A DNA stretch of 64,000 bases from an uncultured Acidobacteriota bacterium (GTDB lineage Bacteria > Acidobacteriota > Thermoanaerobaculia > UBA5066 > Gp7-AA6), in contig CAVVML010000016.1 in the NCBI GenBank assembly GCA_963749265.1, positions 73,000-136,999 of the forward strand, given 5' to 3'. The notes beneath the pieces were generated by a model. The model was not told the DNA's origin. It saw only the letters and a program-made list of their open reading frames with translations, and did not search any database. This document shows, one piece after another, positions 31,669-39,380 of this stretch (the stretch's first letter is position 1; every line of letters starts with the position of its first letter). The translations under genes and the position numbers were made by a program.

Positions 31669-32547
31669 GGAGATGGCCGGGTCTCGTTCTGGGGCGTCCT
31701 CGCTGCTGTCGCGCTCGCGGCCTGCCGCGGCCGCGACACGATCCGCGTCGGCTCGAAGAACTTCACCGAGCAGGTCGTCCTGGGCGAGATCGCGGCGCAG
31801 GCTCTCGAGGCCGAGGGGTCTCGAGGTCGAGCGGAAGCTCGATCTGGGCGGCACGTTCGTCTGCCACCAGGCGCTGGTGGCCGGCGAGCTCGACCTCTAC
31901 CCGGAGTACACGGGGACGGCGTTCACGGCGATCCTCAAGGAGAAGCCGATCTCCGACCCCGCGAAAGTGCGGGACGCCGTCGCGCGGGAGTACGCGAAGT
32001 CGGTGGAAGCTCGTCTGGCTCCCGCCTCTCGGCTTCGAAAACACGTTCGCCCTGGTCATGCGGCGCGCGACGACGCGCGCCGGCTCGGCGTGACGCGGAT
32101 CTCGGATCTCGCCGCCCATCCGGAGCTGCGGCCGGGCTTCGGCTACGAGTTCCTCGAGCGCGCCGACGGGTACCCGGGGCTCGCCGCGGCGTACGGCCTC
32201 GCGTTTCGCTCGCGGCCGCGCGAGATGGACCTCGGCCTCCTCTATGCGGCGCTCGGGCAGGGGCAGGTCGACGTCGTGGCGGGCAATTCCACGGACGGCC
32301 TGATCGCGGCGATGGGCCTCGTCGTCCTCGAGGACGATCGGCGCTACTTTCCTCCGTACGAGGCCGCGTTCGTGACGCGCCGCACGCTCGCCGACGAGCC
32401 CCGGGCGCGCCGCGCGCTCGATCGGCTTTCGGGCGCGATCTCGGCCGAGACGATGCGGAAGATGAACGCCGCGGTGGATCGCGACCGGAAGGCGCCGCGC
32501 GACGTCGCCCGCGAGTTCCTCGCGGTGACCGCTGCCCGGCGCGCTGA
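31665..32547 (+). CDS. Glycine-betaine/choline-type ABC substrate-binding protein (OsmF/OpuCC-like), frame-interrupted; 3' end uncertain
   Basis: The ATG at 31665 overlaps the permease stop (ATGA). VGSKNFTEQVVLGEIAAQALE, GGTFVCHQALVAGELDLYPEYTGTAF, VVAGNSTDGLIAAMGLVVLEDDRRYFPPYEAAFV (ORFs 31395..32093 and 31673..32890). The ORF-track frame reads on to 32890, which I take to be a lost stop. Confidence 0.7.
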
Positions 32548-32597
32548 CGAACGTCGATTTTCGGGGTTTTCTGCTACCCTGACTTCAGGCAGCTCTC

Positions 32598-32876
32598 ATG
32601 TCCGATGCATTCGAGTTGATCACCAAGGCCGACTGGATGGTCCTCGGCGGGGCCCTCCTTCTCCTCGGCCTGCTCATCGTGTCCTTCCGCTCGCGGTCGT
32701 ACGTGTTCTGCCAGTACCTCAAGACGATGACCGGCATCGCCCTCAAGCCCGCCGAAGTGAAGCGGGTCTTCAAGTCCGGAGGCCGCGAAGGCGTGCGCGA
32801 GATGTTCCTGGACCGGATCATCCGGGAGGACCTCAAGGGAGGGCCGGTGGCGATTCCGGAGAGCGTCGAGCGTTGA
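32598..32876 (+). CDS. Hypothetical small membrane protein (92 aa)
   Basis: Intact ORF with one clear TM helix (WMVLGGALLLLGLLIVSF). No family recognised. Its stop codon lies inside the first heptamers of the adjacent palindromic element. Confidence 0.45.
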   Translation: MSDAFELITKADWMVLGGALLLLGLLIVSFRSRSYVFCQYLKTMTGIALKPAEVKRVFKSGGREGVREMFLDRIIREDLKGGPVAIPESVER

Positions 32877-32954
32877 GTGTTGAGTGTTGAGTGTTAAGCG
32901 TCGGTTCTCGCACTCTCGACCCTTAAGCACTCTAAACTCTCGACTCTCAACTCG
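32865..32954. repeat. Heptamer-armed palindromic element, copy A
   Basis: Left arm gtcgagc gttgagt gttgagt gttgagt gttaagc (32865-32899). Centre gtcggttctcg. Right arm cactctcgacccttaagcactctaaactctcgactctcaactcg (32911-32954) is an imperfect reverse complement. The element fills the convergent gap between the CDS ending at 32876 and the one ending at 32957. Confidence 0.6.
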
Positions 32955-32956
32955 CT

Positions 32957-33515
32957 TCAGTTCTCGATCAACCGGAACCCCGGCACGACGTCCCTCCCGA
33001 GCACGCTCCTCAACACCGTCGCGTGCAGGACCTCGTCCGAGAGGATCCGCGACGCGGAGCCGGACAGTGCCCGGTCCTGGAACCGGTCGACCACGTAGAG
33101 ATAGACGCGCGCGGCGCCGACCTCGAGCTTGAACGCGAGCTCGAGGACGTCCTTCTCGTTCGCGAGCGGCACGCCGAAGACGTACTCCTTCTTGGGCTCG
33201 ACGGGCGAGCCGCCCTTGCGCTTGAGGGCGTCGACGAGGAGATCCCGGTGGATCTCGTGGCTTCCCTGGAAGAGGAGGCCGACCTCCTTCGCCTTCGCCG
33301 AGAGCAGGCCGCTTCCGCCCGCGAGGCCGTACGCCCAGATCGCTTCGTGCTCGAGGGCGAGCGCCGTGTTCATCAGGACGAGGTCGTCGGCCGCGGACGG
33401 CGACGTCGGCGCCCGGAGCGGGCATCGCGATCAGCGGCCGTCCCGCCGCGGCGAGGCCGAGGGCGAGACCCGTGATGCCGGCCTCGCGGAAAAGGTCGCG
33501 TCGGTTCTGGAACAC
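32957..33515 (-). CDS. Tat-signal ferritin-like domain protein (DUF4439-like), one frame change
   Basis: MFQNRRDLFREAGITGLALGLAAAG is a twin-arginine signal (ORF 32574..33515). Then LMNTALALEHEAIWAYGLAGG..EIHRDLLVDAL..LELAFKLEVGAARVYLY..SDEVLHATVL (ORF 32957..33373). Confidence 0.7.
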
Positions 33516-33534
33516 GGGCGCCTCCTTGAGGAAA

Positions 33535-33628
33535 GTTGAGCGTTGAGCGTTGAGCGTTGAGGGTGCTCGGTTCGAAGTCTACTCATTTTCCGAGATGACG
33601 CTCAACTCTCAACCCTCAACTCTCAACT
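33535..33628. repeat. Heptamer-armed palindromic element, copy B (best preserved)
   Basis: Left arm gttgagc x3 plus gttgagg (33535-33562). A 38-nt centre contains ctcggttcgaag. Right arm ctcaact ctcaacc ctcaact ctcaact (33601-33628). The arms pair 6 of 7 positions per heptamer. Confidence 0.7.
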
Positions 33629-33633
33629 TCTCG

Positions 33634-33669
33634 AAAAAAGCGCCCCGGCGGATCGTTCCACCGGGGCGC
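33634..33669 (-). terminator. Rho-independent terminator downstream of the DUF4331 gene
   Basis: On the minus strand: GCGCCCCGG-12 nt loop-CCGGGGCGC followed by TTTTTT (plus-strand A-run at 33634-33639). Confidence 0.7.
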
Positions 33670-33696
33670 GAGGGCAGGGGATGAGGCGATCCCGTG

Positions 33697-35173
33697 TCAG
33701 CGGTCGACGGTCGTGTCGGGGTCTGCGCGAAGCGCGTGATGACGCGCGCGTTGTTCTGGTCGTGGACGTGGGTGTACCCGGAGTGGGGCGTGCCCAGGAA
33801 CGGGAAGCCCGCGATGTACGGCACGTCCGGCCCGTCGACGCCGTCGCCGAGCTGGTTGTTGGGCGCCACGTTGTAGCCGTCGACGAGGACGCCGGCCACG
33901 ACGCGGAGCGCGATGTCGACCGTGTCGTCATAGACCCGTCGGCCGTTCGGGAAGCCCGCGTTGTCACCGGCCAGGACGCCGAGCCGGCTCGCCGCGTAGA
34001 TCGGCGTCGTGGGGACGGCGACGTTCAGGCGCAGCTGATCCGAGATGACCTCGCCGGGCCGCATGGTGAGGCCGGCGATGCCCTGGACGAGCGCCAGCAG
34101 GTCGTTGCGCGGCGCCGGCGGGACGGGGACGCCGAAGAGCGCGTTGATGATGCCGGCGAGCTCCGAGTTGAGGACGTAGGTCCCGAAGTTCGCGAGATCG
34201 TCCACGGGGTAGGTCGCGTTGAAGGCGTCCTTCATGCCGAGCGGAATCACGACTTCGTTGATCAGCGGGTTGCCGAGGCGCGAGACCTGGACCCAGTCGC
34301 CCGACACGCTCGGAGCGCCGCCCGTGGTCGAGAGCGTCGTCGTGGCGCGGCGCCAGGTCGAGGACCACATGCTGACGATGGCGTTGGGGTCCGCCGGATC
34401 CGTCGGGACGCTCTGGTTGGCCGTCAGGTTCTGGATCGGGACCGAGATGCGCGATCGAGTGGACGTTGAAGCCCGCGGTGTCGTTCTTGCCGCCGCCGTG
34501 ATCGCCGACCGCCGTGCCTTCACGGAAGTTGATCAGGTCGAAGATCATGCCCAGGTCGACGTAGAAGCCCTCGGCGCGCGGGCCGGCGAAGACGCGGGTG
34601 CTGTCGTCGATGTCGTAGACGGTCGTGCCGATGTCCGAGCCCTTGCCGTAGCCGTTGGGATACGACTTGGGCCCGACGTTGTTCGGCGCCTCGAGCAGGT
34701 CGGCGCCGATCACCGTGCAGTCGGTCTGGCCCGGCGACGGCCCGACGCACTTCTTGACGGTGTAGGTGTAGTAGACGTTCTGGTTCGGATCGCTCGGCGA
34801 GGCGAGCGGGCCGGTGTTCTGCAGGAACGTGTTCCCGTTGCGGACGTTGCGCGTGAACTCGACGCGGTAGACCCAGTCCTCGAGCGCGTCGCCGTTCGAG
34901 TCGACGTTGAACTCGTAGCGGATGTTGGGCTCGAAGTGCGAGAAGTTGGGTCCGCCGGCGGGCTCCTCGAGCGGGACCCAGTTCGCGATCATCACGAGGC
35001 GCGAGGGCGAGACCGGATCGCGGAAGAAGTAGACGTCGGTGTTGTCGGCGACGGGGTCGGTCGCGATTCCCGGCGCTTCCCGATGGCTCGAGGCGAAAGC
35101 GGGCGCGGCCAGGACGAGGGCCGCGAGGGCGAGACGCCAGGGACACACGAGTCACAGAGCGGGGCATGAGCAT
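33697..35173 (-). CDS. DUF4331 domain-containing secreted protein (frame-interrupted; 3' end uncertain)
   Basis: AAGGAGG then ATG at 35173. Signal peptide, then the family-typical SSHREAPGIATDPVADNTDVYFF (ORF 33964..35148). It continues in ORF 33609..34523 (..GNPLINEVVIPLGMKDAFN..GFPNGRRVYDDTVDIALRV..). The ORF-track frame runs through the terminator to 33609. An alternative frame stops at 33697-33699, upstream of the hairpin, and I prefer that end. Confidence 0.75.
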
Positions 35174-35354
35174 CCTCCTTCTTTCTTTTCCTTTGAGGCC
35201 GGGCCCGACCTGCCGGGCCGCGTTCACCCCCGGGTATCCCCGGGAAGCATCCGAGGTACGGGCCGTACGCCCCCGGCGGATTCACGGCGGGAGCCTTGAG
35301 GTAAGCTCGCGCCCGATTCGGATCGGCTTTGGCCAGGGCTTTCCGATCGATTAC

Positions 35355-35399
35355 GCGGCGAGTGCGGCGAGTGCGGCGAGTGCGACGAGTGCGATGAGC
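35355..35399. repeat. 9-bp tandem repeat (GCGGCGAGT x3, then GCGACGAGT, GCGATGAGC) ending on the ECF sigma start codon
   Basis: Read directly. Five contiguous units. The ATG at 35394 lies in the last, degenerate unit. Confidence 0.7.
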
Positions 35400-35981
35400 C
35401 AGAGGCGCGAAGATCCCGACCGCTCCCTGATGGCCCGGGTCGAGGCCCGGGACGCGGACGCTCTCGCCGAGCTCTACGACCGCCACGCGGGACGGCTGCT
35501 CGGCCTCGCGCGGCGGATCCTCGGCGACGGCGGCGAGGCCGAGGAGGTCCTCCAGGAGGTGTTCCTCTTCGTCTGGCGCTCGGCGTCGTCCTTCGATCCG
35601 GGGCGCGGCCAGGTCCTCACCTGGCTCCTGATCGCGACGCGCAGCCGCTCGATCGACCGGCTGCGTGCCCGGCGTCCGGCGTCGCGTCCGGAGATTCGAA
35701 GCCTCGAAGAGGTCGCGGAGGGTCCGGCCGGCCCCGACGACGTCGAGGCGGCGTCCTCGGGAAAACAGTGGGAGACGATCTGCCGCGCCGCCGTCGGCCA
35801 GCTTCCCGCCGACCAGCGCCGGGCGCTGGAGCTCGCGTATTTCGAAGGGTTGACGCATCAGGAGATCGCGGCGCGGACGTCCACGCCGCTCGGCACCGTC
35901 AAGACCCGGGTTCGGCTGGGATTGATGAAACTTCGGGAGCGGATGCGCCCGTACTGGGAGAGTGGTAGCGATGGCCCATAG
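35394..35981 (+). CDS. ECF (sigma-70 family group 4) RNA polymerase sigma factor
   Basis: Intact from the ATG at 35394. Region 2: ALAELYDRHAGRLLGLARRILGDGGEAEEVLQEVFLFVW. Region 4: LPADQRRALELAYFEGLTHQEIAARTSTPLGTVKTRVRLGLMKLR. Confidence 0.85.
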   Translation: MSQRREDPDRSLMARVEARDADALAELYDRHAGRLLGLARRILGDGGEAEEVLQEVFLFVWRSASSFDPGRGQVLTWLLIATRSRSIDRLRARRPASRPEIRSLEEVAEGPAGPDDVEAASSGKQWETICRAAVGQLPADQRRALELAYFEGLTHQEIAARTSTPLGTVKTRVRLGLMKLRERMRPYWESGSDGP

Positions 35982-36748
35982 CGAGCGGCACGAAGAGCTC
36001 GTCGCCGCGTCCGCCCTCGGTCTGCCTCTCGGGGACGAGCGGGCGGAGCTGGACCGGCACCTGGCCGAAGGCTGTGCCGTGTGCGAAGGGCTGCTCGCCG
36101 ACTTCCGCGGCGCGGCGACGGCCCTGGCCGCCGACCGTGCCCGAGGCGACGCCTCCGCCCGAGCTGAAGGCGAAGATCCTCGGGGCGCTCGGCCCCGCGC
36201 GCGTCGCGCCGCGCGAGGCCTCCGGCGGATTCCCGTGGAGGGCGCTCGCGGCTGCCGCGGTCCTCGCCCTGGTCGTCCTCGGCGTCGACGACGCGCGCCT
36301 GCGCCGCCAGCGCGAAGAGTTGCGCAGCCAGACGGCGGCGCTCGAAGGCAAGCTGCGGACGACGGAGACGGCGCTCGCCGAACGGGTGCTGCGCGCGCGC
36401 GTGCTCGAGAACGACGACGTCCAGATGCTGTTGCTCGGAGGCCAGGGCCCGCAGCCGGATGCCCGCGCGCGCGTGTTCTGGAGCGCCCGCGCGCGGCGCG
36501 GCATCATTCTCGCGTCGAACCTGGCGCCGCTGCCTCCGGACCGCCAGTACGAGCTCTGGGTCTTCCTGAAGGGCAAGCCGGTGAACGCCGGCGTGTTCGA
36601 CGCCGATCCGAGCGGCCGCGCGCTCTTCGAGTCCACGGAGTTTCCGCAGCCCGATGCGTCCGCCGAGGCGTTCGCCGTGACCGTCGAGCCGCGCGGCGGC
36701 GTGCCTGCGCCGACGGGCCCCATCGTCCTGGTCGGGAAGACGTCGTAG
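35971..36748 (+). CDS. Anti-sigma factor (zinc-finger N-terminus, one TM, RskA-like C-terminal domain), one frame change
   Basis: The ATG at 35971 overlaps the sigma gene's 3' end. HLAEGCAVCEGLLADF, TM helix ALAAAAVLALVVLGV, then C-terminal YELWVFLKGKPVNAGVFD..AFAVTVEPRGGVPAPTGPIVLVG (ORF 36074..36748). Confidence 0.7.
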
Positions 36749-36753
36749 CGGCC

Positions 36754-37797
36754 GTGGCGGCCGCTCCGGCGCTTCTCTTTCTCCTCGCGGTCGCCGTCCC
36801 CGCGCGTCCGACCCCGACCGGCGCCCTCGCCCGCTCTGGGCGTCGTCGTGAATCTCGAGGCGTCGGCGTCGCCGGCGGCCCGGCAGGCGGCGCTCGAGAT
36901 GGTGCGCCGCACGGGCGCCCACTTCTTCGTGCTCGAGCTCTCCTGGTCCGCGGCCGAGCCCGCGCCGCGCCGGTATCGCGTCGAGGAGATCACGCGCGCG
37001 GCCCGGCGTTCTCCGCCAGTCGGGCGCGGTCCTCCATCTCGACCTGCCGCTCGTCACACGAGGCGGGGCGCGACGTGCCGGCGGATCTGGCGCAACGTCG
37101 CGTTCGACGATCCGAAGCTCTCCCTCCGCCTCGGCGGCCTTCTCGACGCGCTGCGGCCGGCCCTTCTGGATTTCCAGACGCTCTCGCTCGGCGACGACGC
37201 CGACGCCTACTTCGCCGACAAGCCCGAGGAGCTGCGGGCCTATCGGCGCCTCTTCGACGGCGCCGTCCAGTTTCTGAAGAAGAAGGCGCCGAAGCTGCTC
37301 GTCGGCGTCACGACGGCGGCGCCGATGGACAGCCCGGCGCCGGAAGTCGCGGCCGCCCTGCACCAGCGCAGCCCGCTCCTGCTCTACACCTACGCGCCCT
37401 TCGTCCGGGGATCGCCGTTCGAGCAGCGCGATCCCGCGCTTCTCGACAAGGACTGGCGGGCGATGCTCGGCGGCGCCGGCGGCCGGCCGATCGCGTTTCC
37501 TCTGGTCAGCTACTCCTCGTCGTCCGAGAACGGCTCGAGCCCCGCGCGGCAGGCCGAGTTCGTGCGCCGGCTTTCGGGACTTTCTGGGGAAGGCCGACGG
37601 CCGGGCGCTTCTCTTCGCCCGCTACGTCGAGCTGCGCGACGAGGCCGGACGAAGAGCCCGGCCTTCCGAAGGACGCCCCCGCCGCGGAGCGGCGCCGCCG
37701 CGCGTTTCTCGCGAACCGGGGCCTTCAGGAGCTCGACGGCAAGCCCAAGCCGGCGTGGCGCGAGTGGGTCCGCGATTCGCGGACTGTGAAAAGATGA
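36754..37797 (+). CDS. Hypothetical secreted protein, possibly a TIM-barrel glycoside-hydrolase-like fold (frame-interrupted)
   Basis: Signal-like VAAAPALLFLLAVAV, then fragments ..HFFVLELSWSAAEPAPRRYRVEEI.., LLVGVTTAAP.., LLLYTYAPF.., IAFPLVSYSSS..QAEFVRRL.., ending ..GKPKPAWREWVRDSRTVKR. The pieces are in ORFs 35962..37797 and 36848..37789. The family assignment is weak. Confidence 0.4.
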   Translation: MAAAPALLFLLAVAVPARPTPTGALARSGRRRESRGVGVAGGPAGGARDGAPHGRPLLRARALLVRGRARAAPVSRRGDHARGPAFSASRARSSISTCRSSHEAGRDVPADLAQRRVRRSEALPPPRRPSRRAAAGPSGFPDALARRRRRRLLRRQARGAAGLSAPLRRRRPVSEEEGAEAARRRHDGGADGQPGAGSRGRPAPAQPAPALHLRALRPGIAVRAARSRASRQGLAGDARRRRRPADRVSSGQLLLVVRERLEPRAAGRVRAPAFGTFWGRPTAGRFSSPATSSCATRPDEEPGLPKDAPAAERRRRAFLANRGLQELDGKPKPAWREWVRDSRTVKR

Positions 37798-37816
37798 TTG
37801 CCGAGGAGGTTCCCCG

Positions 37817-38350
37817 ATGCCGCGCGTGACACGGACTCTCGCCGCTCTGCTCGCCTCCACGCTCGCCCTCGCCGTTTCCGCCTGCTCGTCGTCTTCGTCC
37901 CAGAGCGTCAAGGACCCGGCGCCCGCCCGTGCCGGTCGGCGGCGCCGACACGTCGGCACTCGTCGGCAAGTGGGAGGGCGACTACTCGAGCACCGAGACG
38001 GGGCGGTCCGGTTCGATCGTCATCGAGTTCAAGTCGGGCGGGAAGGCGGCGCAGGGCGACGTGCTCATGCAGCCCAAGGGCTATTCCGCGGCGGCGCCGG
38101 AGGGATCCGATCCCTTGAAGACGATGCCCCAGGTCCTCCAGATCAGCTTCGTCAACGTCGAGGGCGGCGCGGTGAAGGGAACGATGGACCCCTACACCGA
38201 CCCTCCTGCAACTGCCAGGTGGACACGACGTTCGTCGGCCGCATCGTCGGCGACACGATCGAGGGCACGTTCACGACGACCCCATCGGGGCAGAACGCTC
38301 CGACGGCGGGCCGCTGGAAGGTCACACGGCAGGCGCCGGCGAAGAAGTAG
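37817..38350 (+). CDS. Hypothetical lipoprotein (frame-interrupted)
   Basis: The lipobox LALAVSAC follows MPRVTRTLAALLAST. The body is read from ORFs 37929..38933 (GKWEGDYSSTETGRSGSIVIEFKSGG..) and 37817..38350 (..VDTTFVGRIVGDTIEGTFTTTPSGQ..). Confidence 0.55.
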   Translation: MPRVTRTLAALLASTLALAVSACSSSSSQSVKDPAPARAGRRRRHVGTRRQVGGRLLEHRDGAVRFDRHRVQVGREGGAGRRAHAAQGLFRGGAGGIRSLEDDAPGPPDQLRQRRGRRGEGNDGPLHRPSCNCQVDTTFVGRIVGDTIEGTFTTTPSGQNAPTAGRWKVTRQAPAKK

Positions 38351-38360
38351 CCTCGGGCGG

Positions 38361-39373
38361 ATGAGCCTCGCTCCGATCACCCTCGACCGGTTCATCCTCG
38401 AGGCGCAGCAGGTGTCGCCCGGCGCGACCGGGAGCCTGTCGCTCCTGCTCATGCGCTTCGGCGTCGCCGGCAAGCGCATCGCGAGCGCGCTCTCGCGGGC
38501 CGGCCTGACGGGGACGCTCGGCGCCGCCGGCTCCCGGAACGTGCAGGGCGAGGAGCAGAAGAAGCTCGACGTCGTCGCCAACGAGATCCTCGTCGAGACC
38601 TTCGATTACGGCAAGCTCGTGGGCCTCGCGGCCTCGGAGGAGATGGAGGAGCCCGTCGTCTACGCGGCCGGAGCCACCGGCGCGGGGGGATACGCGGTTC
38701 TGTTCGATCCGCTCGACGGCTCCTCGAACATCGACTGCAACGGCACGCTCGGGACGATCTTCTCGATCCGCCGGCGCGGCGACGGCGAGGTCGGCCGACC
38801 TGCTGCGCTCGGGGCACGAGCAGGTGGCGGCCGGGCTACGTCCTCTTCGGGCCCGCCGTGCTCCTCGTCTACACCACGGGCGACGGCGCGCACCTCTTCA
38901 CGCTGGATCCCGCGATCGGCGAGTTCCTGCTGACGCGCGACAGCCTGCGCATGCCGGAGCGCGGCCGGGCGTACGCGGTCAACGAGGGCCGCGCGCACGC
39001 CTGGGCGCCGGAGGTCCGGGCGTTCGTGGATCACCTCAAGCAGCCCGACGGGGCGATCGGGCGGCCCTACGCGACCCGCTACTCGGCCTCGCTCGTGGCC
39101 GACGTGCACCGCTTCCTGCTCGAGGGCGGCATCTACCTGTATCCCGCCGACGCGGCGGGGAAGGGGGCCTCCGGGAAGCTCCGCGTCCTCTACGAATGCC
39201 ATCCCCTGGCCTTCGTCGTCGAGCAGGCCGGCGGCCGCGCCTCGACGGGCACGCGGCGCGTCCTCGACGTCGTGCCGGACTCCCTCCACGCCCGGATTCC
39301 GCTGGCGATCGGGAGCCGCGAGGAAGTCGAGCTCTTCGAGAAGTTCCAATCCGGAGGCGCGCCCCCACCGTAA
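38361..39373 (+). CDS. fbp: Class 1 fructose-1,6-bisphosphatase (one frame change)
   Basis: TLDRFILEAQ.., NVQGEEQKKLDVVANE, AVLFDPLDGSSNIDCNGTLGTIFSI, YAVNEG.., RYSASLVADVHRFLLEGGIYLYP, GKLRVLYECHPLAFVVEQAGG (ORFs 37929..38933 and 38858..39373). Confidence 0.85.
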
Positions 39374-39380
39374 TCGGTGC

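Noticed and set aside
33535-33628. Heptamer repeat clusters as a possible CRISPR array
   Set aside because: The units are 7 nt and directly abutting, with no spacers. They occur as two inverted arms. No cas genes are in the window. I treat them as a palindromic dispersed repeat instead.
35858-37363. Long Arg/Gly/Pro-rich ORFs antisense to or out of frame with recognised genes (also 47119..49128, 55867..58071, 30517..31854, 22991..24142 and many others in the track)
   Set aside because: Their composition is typical of spurious open frames in very GC-rich DNA. Each overlaps a gene with clear family motifs in another frame or strand. No motifs were recognisable in them.
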